Positions 1-9,068 of a DNA stretch of 64,000 nt are shown here, one piece after another. Position numbers and translations under genes: made by a program. The notes under the pieces were generated by a model, which was given only the letters and a program-made list of their open reading frames with translations, was not told the origin of the DNA and ran no database searches. This DNA is from an uncultured virus (IMG/VR IMGVR_UViG_3300010885_019006). Taxonomy: Duplodnaviria; Heunggongvirae; Uroviricota; Caudoviricetes. Each line of letters starts with the position of its first letter. Positions within the stretch are counted from its first letter, which is position 1. The stretch covers positions 1 through 64,000 of IMG/VR virus record IMGVR_UViG_3300010885_019006; one strand, given 5' to 3'.

Positions 1-99
1 CTTTTTTGCTTCAAGTTCATATAAATCTCCAATAGTCATTTCGAGTATTTCACCGGTCTTTTTATTTTTTAATTTGACTATTGTATTTATACTAACGCA
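1..99 (-). mobile_element. Intein N-terminal region inserted in the terminase Walker A motif
   Basis: After SRQAGK the frame reads CVSINTIVKLKNKKTGEILEMTIGDLYELEAKK instead of T/S-T. This fits an intein block A (C-x-x-x-x-T-x-V) followed by an IGDLY motif. Confidence 0.85.
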
Positions 100-369
100 T
101 TTTCCAGCCTGTCTACTTGTACAAACTGCTACTCGTCTATTATTGGTAATTTTATGAATAATTTCTTTCTGATATTCATAGAGCTTAATTGGAATAAGAC
201 CATGATCAACATGCACAATTTGAATATATTGTTCGGCAAAATAGATAGGATCTTCAGCACACTTTAAATACTCTTGAACCATATCTGGAGTCCAAGAAAT
301 TGCCTTTCTTGACTTCTTTAAAAGTGGATTACCATTATAACCTTTGTCAATTGTAAAATCTGGATTCAT
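1..369 (-). CDS. 17: Terminase large subunit, N-terminal part, running off the window edge and interrupted by an intein
   Basis: Manual translation from ATG 369: MNPDFTIDKGYNGNPLLKKS...KCAEDPIYFAEQYIQIVHVDHGLIPIKLYEYQKEII...SRQAGK (T4 gp17 adenine-binding YQ and Walker A motifs). Its ATG overlaps the gp16 TGA. Confidence 0.93.
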   Translation of the reverse strand, partial: MNPDFTIDKGYNGNPLLKKSRKAISWTPDMVQEYLKCAEDPIYFAEQYIQIVHVDHGLIPIKLYEYQKEIIHKITNNRRVAVCTSRQAGKCVSINTIVKLKNKKTGEILEMTIGDLYELEAKK

Positions 370-773
370 TGTGATTTATTTCGAAGATCATCCAACATTT
401 TTGTAAGTTCGGCAGTACTTCCAACAAAAAGGTTGTTATTAGTGACATTTTTAACTTCCTCAGGATTTGGTTTACCATTTAGTCGTTGCTTTTTCATATG
501 AAGATCTGCCAAACCCATGCTTACATCTGCGTAAGTTTTAATAATAGCATTTAACGCTTCATAAGCTTTCGGGTGTTGTGAACTCTGAGCAATAACAATC
601 ATATCTTTTACTGCTTGCTCTGCAGCATCTACAGCTTTATAGATATTTTCTCGAACTTGATCTATATCATGATCTGTCTGTTTGTCTTTAGCAACTTCTG
701 GTAAATAATCTCTTTCAGTTTCCAACATGGGAAGTGGTCTTAAACCAAGACTGTTTTCTAACTTTTTACTCAT
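366..773 (-). CDS. 16: Terminase small subunit
   Basis: HPKAYEA and NNNLFVGSTAEL motifs of T4-like gp16; lies directly upstream of gp17. Confidence 0.9.
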   Translation of the reverse strand: MSKKLENSLGLRPLPMLETERDYLPEVAKDKQTDHDIDQVRENIYKAVDAAEQAVKDMIVIAQSSQHPKAYEALNAIIKTYADVSMGLADLHMKKQRLNGKPNPEEVKNVTNNNLFVGSTAELTKMLDDLRNKSQ

Positions 774-1801
774 GTATTATTCTCATTTAAATCTATAATA
801 AAACCCCAATCACTATTTTCAATTACATTATTTGCCGGAATTGCTAATGGTATAACACTAATAGAGGTAATAGTAGCCGGAAGTTTGCTAATAGAACCTT
901 GAACTGGTGTGTTGACAGTTAAAGTACCACCAACATCATAAGCGGTAATATAAGAAGAATTAGCAGTTCTGATATAAGCGTAATTATTAGTATTTGTAGT
1001 TGATTGCAGTCGTTCCGTAATGTAGAAATTTGTATTTGGTGCTGAAATTCCATAAGTGTATAGTAATGGAGGCGCTGAAACGGCTATTCCATTTGCTGTC
1101 TGCCCAGGTGTAATATGTATAGTCTCTGAAGGTGCGACACCAAATGCACCAACACCAAAATTAAGTCCAATATCTTTAATAATACCAGAAGTAGTAGCAC
1201 TTGTAGGACCGAATAACCAGCCTTTCATTGTAAAGTTTAATGTCCAAATAATAGCTCTACGTTCAGTAAATGCACCTTCATAAGTGTCTTCTTGAGTTAC
1301 GTTATCTAATGTGATTGGAACATCATATGTAAGATTTAGATCTGGATTTAAATTGAGAGTAGCTTGCCACGTAGGACCAAAGTATGGAAGAATCTGTTCA
1401 ACGATAAAAGTCCCATCCATTACATTTTTGACCATAATTGAAAGAGTGAAGTCGATGTTATATGGAACTGGTGAGTATTGTGATGCTTTACCATGTGGAT
1501 TATTTGGATTCTGACCAGATACTTTATTAATTGTAGGCATCTTACGGGTTGAATCGTAATACAGACCGGTCATTTCAAATGTCATTCTAGGCAATTGAAT
1601 AGCAATTTGTCTATTTAGATCTGGATTACCATCTAGACGAGCAAGAAATTTATCGCGAGGTCCATAGTTGAGTGGGACTTTACTAGTCTGAACTACAGTT
1701 CCATTAATATCATATCTATTTAGATGGATATTATTAAAAAGTGTCCCAAAGTAAATAACATACTTACGAAGTGTATTATGTCCATATGTAATACCAAACA
1801 T
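770..1801 (-). CDS. 15: Tail sheath stabiliser / tail completion protein
   Basis: FGTLFNNI, VPLNYGPRDKFLARL, LPRMTFE and EQILPYF motifs. Confidence 0.93.
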   Translation of the reverse strand: MFGITYGHNTLRKYVIYFGTLFNNIHLNRYDINGTVVQTSKVPLNYGPRDKFLARLDGNPDLNRQIAIQLPRMTFEMTGLYYDSTRKMPTINKVSGQNPNNPHGKASQYSPVPYNIDFTLSIMVKNVMDGTFIVEQILPYFGPTWQATLNLNPDLNLTYDVPITLDNVTQEDTYEGAFTERRAIIWTLNFTMKGWLFGPTSATTSGIIKDIGLNFGVGAFGVAPSETIHITPGQTANGIAVSAPPLLYTYGISAPNTNFYITERLQSTTNTNNYAYIRTANSSYITAYDVGGTLTVNTPVQGSISKLPATITSISVIPLAIPANNVIENSDWGFIIDLNENNT

Positions 1802-2466
1802 TAGATAAATCCGGAACTAAATGGGTCTATATCTGACCAATCTAAAAGTCCAGTACCTTCAGCTTGGAGTTCTACATTGGTTTCAAATACATCACTCATA
1901 GCTGCTTCATATGCAGTATTTGAGGTTACATTTGAAACAGAATATTTAGTCTCAATAGAATCAATTTCATATACACCAGTATTAAAGACTTCATTTGAAT
2001 ATTCCCAAACATCACATGCAACGTCCCAGATCTGTAAACTGCCCATCTGATAGAAAATAGCGGTCTGGTTTACATACTTGATAACAAAGATACGCTTCAT
2101 CATTGTCGAGTAGATCAAATCACCTTCACGTGGTCTCTGAATATCTGGCTGCTGTACTGTTACTTCTTTACCAAATGTTCTTCTTGCAATGGTAAATGTA
2201 ATTGAATCTCTAATCTCTAGATTAAACTTAGATAGAAATGTTCCATCTCCTTCATATGAATCATATGACTTAATATAGACATCAAATTCAAATGCATTAT
2301 TATATTTTGATAGAGTATCTTCGCCGTAAATATCATCTTTCTTGATTAAAGTTCTTGGGAGATAATAAACTGTATGACCATAGATTGAAAAGCTCTCATT
2401 TATCAATGATTCAATGAGATCTTGTTCTCCATAGTTATTAAAGTTGTCAAAATAGACGCTTGGCAT
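1801..2466 (-). CDS. 14: Neck protein
   Basis: EQDLIESLINE, YYLPR, FLSKFNLEIRD and RPREGDLIY motifs. Confidence 0.93.
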   Translation of the reverse strand: MPSVYFDNFNNYGEQDLIESLINESFSIYGHTVYYLPRTLIKKDDIYGEDTLSKYNNAFEFDVYIKSYDSYEGDGTFLSKFNLEIRDSITFTIARRTFGKEVTVQQPDIQRPREGDLIYSTMMKRIFVIKYVNQTAIFYQMGSLQIWDVACDVWEYSNEVFNTGVYEIDSIETKYSVSNVTSNTAYEAAMSDVFETNVELQAEGTGLLDWSDIDPFSSGFI

Positions 2467-2499
2467 TTATAATCCTAATTCTTTTATAAAGTGGGTCCG

Positions 2500-3246
2500 C
2501 TAACCGATCATGTCAGTAACAGGAAGAGAATAAGATGTAAGCATTTCACGTTCCATCTTTTCAATTTCATTTGCAGCATCTGAAAGGATTCGCTCACCAT
2601 TGAACTGAACACCACCCGGAAGAGTCATTCCAGTAAACTTAGTAAGATTTGAGCCCCACTGATATTTAATCTTTGCTGTTACATAATTTTGTAACCAACG
2701 ATCTGACCAAACATCAGTCCAAACATCAGGATCAATTACTTCATAAGCTTCAATAAGCAAATACTCGCCTGCTTTAACTTTAAGATTCCACTCCATGTCA
2801 ATATAGACACGATTCTTATGACGCGAATATCGAATTGGTTGTTGGCCTACTAGAAGTTCAGAAATAAGAGATAGATGTTCCATAGTCATATAGTAAGGAA
2901 CCATGGAAACAGAAGTAAGTGTATAAAGATCGTTTAATGCAATCTGATATCTAATATTAAATAGATCGTCTGTTCTAACTACAGGGTCTGCAATAGGAAA
3001 TACTCGAACCGCACCGATAATATTCTCAGGAAGAGTAAGATACTTATTTGTCTTATCTTTTTCAGTAACCTGATGTTTATAATATATTTTATCAGATCCA
3101 TCAAAATGATAGTCCCAGTAATATTTAAGTGCTTCATCAATACGATCGTCTATTTGATCATCATCAACGTTGATTTCGATTACTGGTTTGCCTAGTTTAC
3201 GAAGACAATATTCTTGAAATTCTTCTCTACTTTGTGGTACAGCCAT
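2500..3246 (-). CDS. 13: Neck protein (ends in TAG)
   Basis: YCLRKLGKPVIEINVDDDQIDDRIDEAL and QWGSNLTKFTGMTLPGGV motifs. Confidence 0.95.
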   Translation of the reverse strand: MAVPQSREEFQEYCLRKLGKPVIEINVDDDQIDDRIDEALKYYWDYHFDGSDKIYYKHQVTEKDKTNKYLTLPENIIGAVRVFPIADPVVRTDDLFNIRYQIALNDLYTLTSVSMVPYYMTMEHLSLISELLVGQQPIRYSRHKNRVYIDMEWNLKVKAGEYLLIEAYEVIDPDVWTDVWSDRWLQNYVTAKIKYQWGSNLTKFTGMTLPGGVQFNGERILSDAANEIEKMEREMLTSYSLPVTDMIG

Positions 3247-3268
3247 TATTCTTTTCCTGGTTTAGTTA

Positions 3269-3276
3269 TATTTATA
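3269..3276 (-). promoter_or_regulatory. T4 late promoter TATAAATA; further minus-strand copies at 9046, 17748, 19881, 29091, 49559, 55601, 56206 and 62259
   Basis: Exact TATAAATA octamers at gene boundaries; the gp33 late co-activator is encoded in the window. Confidence 0.8.
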
Positions 3277-4234
3277 CTATGGAAGAATAACCCACATTGG
3301 TAATTGGAGCGGCTTCCGCATCTTGTTCATATGAGATAACCCAAATTTCACCTCGACCTCCAGCACCACCAGAACCAGGAGTAAAGCCGTTTAGTGACAT
3401 TCCACCACCACCACCTCCGGCTCCAGGAGTTCCACCAGCGCCGCCATTACCACCACCGGTGGATCCAGAACCACCGCCACCACCACCAGAACCAGGATTA
3501 GCACCAGTTCCAGCAGTTCCAGCCGTTCCTGCTGTGCCAATTGCACCTCCAGAGCCACCTGCTATATCTCTGTAATAACCGCCAGCACCGCCCGCATAGT
3601 ATGTTGGTCCTGTACTAATTGATCCTGCTCCACCGCCACCGCCTGGTGCACCAGATACGCTATGTCCACCAGTATATCCAGGCGTACTGGAAGCAGCACC
3701 ACCAGAACCACCGCCACCTTGTATTGATGTCGAATTGGTAGCACCTAAGACAACACCGTTAGTTCCGTTATTAGGTCCAGCACCAGTACCAGATCCACCT
3801 GCAGTACCTGAACCATTTAATCCTGAACCACCGCCACCATACATATTCGTACTACCTGTGGGCCCTCCTGCTCCAGGACCACCACCAAAAGCAGAGTATG
3901 TTAAACCATTTATAGTAAATGTGGTTGTTTGTCCTTGTGTTCCCGAATTACCAGCTGTACTATTTGCCGTAGGAGCTGATCCTCCTGCAACAGAAGCAGC
4001 TACTGAATAAGTTTCAGTAGCACCAAATGATGAAGCTGAAAGTGTTATATCAAAAACACCACCTCCGCCACCACCAGTACCACCGGCAGCCGACGGAGTA
4101 GTTTTACCACCCGACCCACCTGAACCACCGCCACCAATTAAAATTATACGAACATATTGAGCCCATGATGGCTTAGTCCATGTACCAGTACCTGCAGTAT
4201 ATTTGTCTACTTGAATTTGAGATGATGTTGGCAT
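3272..4234 (-). CDS. Glycine-rich virion fibre protein, paralog 4
   Basis: WTKPSWAQYVRIILIGGGG...GGAGGRGEIWVISY glycine-rich domain, in the late cluster. Confidence 0.75.
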   Translation of the reverse strand: MPTSSQIQVDKYTAGTGTWTKPSWAQYVRIILIGGGGSGGSGGKTTPSAAGGTGGGGGGVFDITLSASSFGATETYSVAASVAGGSAPTANSTAGNSGTQGQTTTFTINGLTYSAFGGGPGAGGPTGSTNMYGGGGSGLNGSGTAGGSGTGAGPNNGTNGVVLGATNSTSIQGGGGSGGAASSTPGYTGGHSVSGAPGGGGGAGSISTGPTYYAGGAGGYYRDIAGGSGGAIGTAGTAGTAGTGANPGSGGGGGGSGSTGGGNGGAGGTPGAGGGGGGMSLNGFTPGSGGAGGRGEIWVISYEQDAEAAPITNVGYSSIV

Positions 4235-4235
4235 A

Positions 4236-5153
4236 TTACTGACTTATTACGATGACCATACCATCGCCTCCTTTTCCGCCTGCACCCGAAGTGCCACCTG
4301 TAATAGTAGATCCGCCACCGCCGCCGCTTCCGCCAGGAAAACCACCGGCACCGCCAGTACCACCAATTACGTTATTAGAAGCGCCACCTCCACCTCCAGC
4401 ACCACAGAAACCAAAATAGTTACTACTTCCTGGAAATCCATTAGCCGAAGCTGTTGAGGATGCAGTACTTCCATCTAAATATGCAGGTGATCTATTACCC
4501 CCAGATGCAGCACCTGCTGCATAAGCATCTGCAATTGTTTTGCCTGCACCACTAGATCCAGATGAACCACCATAAAGTGCTGAATATCCAGTCTGTGAAC
4601 CACCGGTTGCAGTACCAATGCCAGGAGCACCTCCAAGACTAATTGTTACTACAACACCTGCGGTTGAACCGGCAGTACCACCATTAAGTCCAGCCGCGCC
4701 GCCTGTATCATTTGCACCAGAAACAACTGTAGCTGTACCACCCGTGCCACCAAACCCAGCACCACCACCTCCAGCAGATGAAAAGCCAGCTTTACCACCA
4801 GATCCTCCACCTCCGCCATATGCTGTAACAATATATGGTGCAGTCCCAAAAGTACTGAAACCACCTGATGTACCTATATTACCATTACCTGAAACAACAG
4901 CAGCACCACCAGAACCGCCAGCAGCTACTGAATATGACTCTGTATTTGAAAGTGAGCTAGCAAGAAAAATTCGTTCTACTCTACCACCGCCACCGCCAGA
5001 AGCGCCGCCTGAAATGGCTACACCAGTTGAACCAACAGCGCCACTACCTGATCCGCCACCACCGCCAATACAAATTACTCTAACTAAAGTAGCCCATGAT
5101 GGCTTAGTCCAGGAACCTGAACCGGAAGTAAATGTCTGTACATCGTAACTCAT
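4236..5153 (-). CDS. Glycine-rich virion fibre protein, paralog 3
   Basis: FTSGSGSWTKPSWATLVRVICIGGGG...GGKGGDGMVIVISQ. Confidence 0.75.
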   Translation of the reverse strand: MSYDVQTFTSGSGSWTKPSWATLVRVICIGGGGGSGSGAVGSTGVAISGGASGGGGGRVERIFLASSLSNTESYSVAAGGSGGAAVVSGNGNIGTSGGFSTFGTAPYIVTAYGGGGGSGGKAGFSSAGGGGAGFGGTGGTATVVSGANDTGGAAGLNGGTAGSTAGVVVTISLGGAPGIGTATGGSQTGYSALYGGSSGSSGAGKTIADAYAAGAASGGNRSPAYLDGSTASSTASANGFPGSSNYFGFCGAGGGGGASNNVIGGTGGAGGFPGGSGGGGGSTITGGTSGAGGKGGDGMVIVISQ

Positions 5154-6088
5154 CCGTTAATCCATCCATACCCTAAAATATATCTTACAGTTGCAGGAGG
5201 GTTTTCATATGAGATAACCCAAATTTCACCACGACCGCCAGCGCCGCCAGCGCCGCCAACAGATGCATATGTAGTAGAACCTCCACCGCCACCACCGCCG
5301 CCGGGTATACCACCTGCGCCACCAATCCCTGGGACCGTATTTCCTGCAGCACCGCCGCCTCCACCAGAACCTGGTCTTATTGCAATGCCATTAATGCCCG
5401 CAGATCCATCGACCGCACCGGCTGTTAAACCACCTGCGCCACCAATAATATCTCTAGATACGCCGCCAGCGGCACCGTTATAATAAGTTAATGATCCTTT
5501 ACCACCGCCGCTCCCACCACCAGCGGTACCATATAAAGAATATCCACCTATTGAACTACCACTGTTTATTCCTCCGCCGCCGCCAGATCCACCATTAGAA
5601 ACCAAAGTATTATTTGAACCGACACCGCCGATTCCACCAGCAGAACCACCATTTAAACCTGCTGTTTGCAACCCACCAGGTCCTGACATTCCTGCTCCAC
5701 CTCCGCCGCCAGAGGATGAACCGGGACCACCACCATAAGCAATTAAAGTGTTAGCACCGCTATTAAAAGTAAAAGTAGAATTACTACCTACTGTTGCGGG
5801 AATTATAGTAGTATTAGCAGATCCTAATGATCCAGCGCCGCCTGCTCCTACTGAATATGTTTCCGTAGTACCTAATAAATAAGTTGGAATAATAACATCA
5901 AATATACCAGCACCGCCACCACCTGAACCACCAGTTGCTGATGATGTGCTTCCTGCTTTACCACCACCAGCACCGCCGCCACCACCGCCTATTATAATAA
6001 GACGAACATATTGAGCCCATGATGGCTTAGTCCATGTACCAGTACCTGCAGTATATTTGTCTACTTGAATTTGAGATGCAACAGCCAT
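5150..6088 (-). CDS. Glycine-rich virion fibre protein, paralog 2
   Basis: N-terminus nearly identical to that of 3272-4234, with the same GRGEIWVISYE motif near the C-terminus. Confidence 0.75.
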   Translation of the reverse strand: MAVASQIQVDKYTAGTGTWTKPSWAQYVRLIIIGGGGGGAGGGKAGSTSSATGGSGGGGAGIFDVIIPTYLLGTTETYSVGAGGAGSLGSANTTIIPATVGSNSTFTFNSGANTLIAYGGGPGSSSGGGGGAGMSGPGGLQTAGLNGGSAGGIGGVGSNNTLVSNGGSGGGGGINSGSSIGGYSLYGTAGGGSGGGKGSLTYYNGAAGGVSRDIIGGAGGLTAGAVDGSAGINGIAIRPGSGGGGGAAGNTVPGIGGAGGIPGGGGGGGGSTTYASVGGAGGAGGRGEIWVISYENPPATVRYILGYGWING

Positions 6089-6372
6089 CAGATTTCATCT
6101 ATATTTACAATAACTAATTTAGTCACAACACCAGTATTAATATCCATCGAATCACCAATATCCATAAATCCAGTCGGTCTTACAATTAAGTAAGTAAATT
6201 GATCTGTTATATTTGTAAGATCTGGTTGAGTAGGATCATCTTCACCAAAATCACAAACTATGTATGATCCATAACCTGGATAGTAAGTTTGTGGGTATGG
6301 ATCTTCTACTAGAATGGTATTTAGTTTGGTACCATTAGAATCAAGAACACTATATCTTAAAGTTTTAGCCAT
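6088..6372 (-). CDS. Small acidic hypothetical protein, possible fibre chaperone
   Basis: 94-aa ORF coupled between glycine-rich genes. Confidence 0.55.
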   Translation of the reverse strand: MAKTLRYSVLDSNGTKLNTILVEDPYPQTYYPGYGSYIVCDFGEDDPTQPDLTNITDQFTYLIVRPTGFMDIGDSMDINTGVVTKLVIVNIDEI

Positions 6373-6381
6373 TATCTTTCC

Positions 6382-7317
6382 TTATCTACAAATAACAAAT
6401 ACAATACCATCACCACCTTTACCGCCGCTACCACCTCGGACCGTAGATGTGGTATTATTAGCAGCACCGCCTCCGCCACCACCGCCACCGGGAAACCCTC
6501 CTGCGCCGCCATTACCACCTCCAGTAGCGCCAGCACCTCCGCCAGAACCACCGGCACCGCCAACTCCTGTAATCATGAGTTGACTTATAATAAAACTAGC
6601 ATTACCACCAATAAATCCATTTGCAGCATTAGCCGTAGTATTTGCAGCACCACCTGTTGCTGCATCTAATAATGAAATTGTATTGTATCCGCCCGCACCA
6701 CCAGCACCATAAGTTGCTGCAACTTTACCACCACCTGAACCACCACCAGCCCCTCCAAAACTAGAAGAACCTCCAGCTAAACCAGCAATTGTAAGCGCAA
6801 CGCCACCACCAGCAGCACCTGCTGCACCACTTAATGTACCAGCAGCAGCACTCACTCCAGTAATACCACCATTAATTCCGCCAGTTGAACCGTTTGCTGA
6901 ACCTGCAATGCCGCCACCTCCACCACCAGCTGTAGCAGTAGCCAATGCCGTGACACCTAATCCACCACCACCTGCATATCCATTAACAGTATATGCAGAA
7001 TTGCCGAATGTACTTACACCACCATTAACACCAGCATCACCTGAAATTCCAAGACCAGAGTTACCACCTAGACCACCAGCACCTCCCAGACCTACAATTA
7101 CGGGTTCTGTATTTGCTAATGTTGGCGCATAAAAGAAAACTTCATTCCTACTAGCTCCACCACCACCAGAACCACCACCAACGTTTGTTAAGACTGAAGA
7201 AGTGTCACTTCCACCACCACCGCCGCCTCCACCAATGCATACTACTTGAATTATAGTAGCCCAGGATGGTTTATACCATGTGCCATTAGCAGTAAAGATT
7301 TGAACGTTAGCACTCAT
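6382..7317 (-). CDS. Glycine-rich virion fibre protein, paralog 1
   Basis: FTANGTWYKPSWATIIQVVCIGGGG...GGKGGDGIVFVICR. Confidence 0.75.
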   Translation of the reverse strand: MSANVQIFTANGTWYKPSWATIIQVVCIGGGGGGGGSDTSSVLTNVGGGSGGGGASRNEVFFYAPTLANTEPVIVGLGGAGGLGGNSGLGISGDAGVNGGVSTFGNSAYTVNGYAGGGGLGVTALATATAGGGGGGIAGSANGSTGGINGGITGVSAAAGTLSGAAGAAGGGVALTIAGLAGGSSSFGGAGGGSGGGKVAATYGAGGAGGYNTISLLDAATGGAANTTANAANGFIGGNASFIISQLMITGVGGAGGSGGGAGATGGGNGGAGGFPGGGGGGGGAANNTTSTVRGGSGGKGGDGIVFVICR

Positions 7318-8666
7318 TAAGATTTAATCGCACTGAGAACAATATTACATTTTGTAATATTTATTGCAGTATTAACATAAAAGAATAGAACATCACCTGC
7401 ATTAATAGTTTTAGTCCAACCAGTAAGAGTTGAATCTGTATATTTAATACCATTTGTAATTGTAGGTAGCGATGCTGCACAAATACTATTAGCAGCAACA
7501 GGTGGGTATGCTGAATAAGGTGCTTTCCAAATATCTAATTGAATACTACCTGTCTGATCTCCTAGAACTGTAACACTACTAATAGTTGCTGCATAAGGAA
7601 TGGTAAGACCTTGACCGACAATAGTACTATTTGAAATTGCTTGTCCAACACCAATAATTGAGTATCCTAATGCTACTGTGACACTATTCTTTGCCGCATT
7701 TGCATATGTATTTGCTAGTGTAGCACTAGCTGCTGCATTAAATGCGGAAGTATTAGCTGAAGTTGCATTAGCAGAAGCTTGACCCGCCGATGTAGCAGCT
7801 GAAGTTGCATTAGCAGAAGCTTGACTTGCAGATGTAGCAGCTGAAGTTGCATTGGCAGAAGCTTGACTTGCCGATATTGCCGCAGATATGGTATTTGCAG
7901 CGGCTGAGGTTGCATTACTACTTGCTTGACCTGCCGATGTAGCAGCTGAAGTTGCATTAGCAGAAGCTTGACTTGCAGATGTAGCGGCTGAGGTTGCATT
8001 AGCAGAAGCTTGACTTGCGGATGCTAGTGCAGTTACTGCACTAGCCGATGCATTTGTTGCAGAAGTACTAGCAGAAATTGCATTAGCAGAAGCTTGACTT
8101 GCAGATGTAGCAGCTGATGTGGCATTGGCAGATACTTGTGATAGATATGTAGCTGCTGTAGAAGTATTTGCTGCGGCTTGAGTAGCACTAGTGAAAGCAG
8201 ATGTAGCATTGGCCGCAACACTAGATGATAATGCATAAACATAATTAGCATTAGCAGCAACTTGAGTAGAATAATTGAACACAGTTGCTGCATTGGCCGC
8301 AACTTGATTGGCAGCAATAATTGCTTCGGTTGTTTTAATTTCTACAATTTGTGATAGACTATAAACATATACGGCATTAGCTTCAACTAAAGCTGTAAGA
8401 TCTTCTACGGTTGTGACTGAAGTTATGATTTGATTTGATATGTTAGCAGTATATACTGCCGAAGCATTAGCGCTATTTGCCGCAAGAATGGCTATATCTC
8501 TTGCGGATTGAGCTTCAGCAACTAAAATTGGTATTTGTGGATCCATATTACCAGAATCACCTTTAATACCTCTATTGACAAATACTTCGCCTATTTCATA
8601 TCTACGGCTTTTATTTACAACAATTGATGATGCAGATGAACTGCTATTAATTACCACAACAAACAT
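7317..8666 (-). CDS. Ala/Ser-rich coiled-coil fibre protein (Stf-like stalk) with C-terminal beta domain
   Basis: Tandem SASQASANATSAAT 14-aa repeats; C-terminal GSIQLDIWK...LTGWTKTINAGDVL domain. Confidence 0.7.
   Translation of the reverse strand: MFVVVINSSSSASSIVVNKSRRYEIGEVFVNRGIKGDSGNMDPQIPILVAEAQSARDIAILAANSANASAVYTANISNQIITSVTTVEDLTALVEANAVYVYSLSQIVEIKTTEAIIAANQVAANAATVFNYSTQVAANANYVYALSSSVAANATSAFTSATQAAANTSTAATYLSQVSANATSAATSASQASANAISASTSATNASASAVTALASASQASANATSAATSASQASANATSAATSAGQASSNATSAAANTISAAISASQASANATSAATSASQASANATSAATSAGQASANATSANTSAFNAAASATLANTYANAAKNSVTVALGYSIIGVGQAISNSTIVGQGLTIPYAATISSVTVLGDQTGSIQLDIWKAPYSAYPPVAANSICAASLPTITNGIKYTDSTLTGWTKTINAGDVLFFYVNTAINITKCNIVLSAIKS
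7760..8130 (-). repeat. Imperfect 42-bp coding tandem repeat (14 aa)
   Basis: gcattagcagaagcttgacttgcagatgtagcagctgaagtt recurs with variants. Confidence 0.8.
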
Positions 8667-9025
8667 TATGACACACCTGGATTTACTTTTAGTGTACCTT
8701 GTATAATTCTAGTCTTATACAAAGTTATATTGTTGGTAATTGCAACATCATAAAAGTACTTAATATTTGGTTCCATCATATCGGTCTGTTCTGGTGTTAA
8801 ATCAAGTTTAATTTCACCGGCAGCAGCATTTACAATTTGAGCAGTAATAGTAGTTGAATAACTATCACCTGCATCAAAATCAGTAGCATATTTAGATGTT
8901 ACTATATAATCCGTTAAATCAACATAAGTATTTGATTGATCTTTTACATTCATCCAAACTTCAAAGCTAGCTTTTTGATCAACTGTAAAATTAATAATGT
9001 TACTTTTTTCTGAAAGCATTGTCAA
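8666..9025 (-). CDS. Fibre attachment/adaptor protein (BppU-N-like)
   Basis: VDQKASF...VDLTDY...GEIKLDLTPEQT...YFYDV...RIIQGTLKVNPGVS; paralog of 17393-17722. Confidence 0.65.
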   Translation of the reverse strand: MTMLSEKSNIINFTVDQKASFEVWMNVKDQSNTYVDLTDYIVTSKYATDFDAGDSYSTTITAQIVNAAAGEIKLDLTPEQTDMMEPNIKYFYDVAITNNITLYKTRIIQGTLKVNPGVS

Positions 9026-9068
9026 AACCTTGTTCTTGTTTTATATATTTATAAACATCCAGAGTATC

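Noticed and set aside
4148..6078. Diversity-generating retroelement TR/VR pair
   Set aside because: The copies are identical, with no adenine-specific differences, and no reverse transcriptase is present.
3297..7132. Proline-rich plus-strand ORFs
   Set aside because: They are reverse complements of GGN glycine codons.
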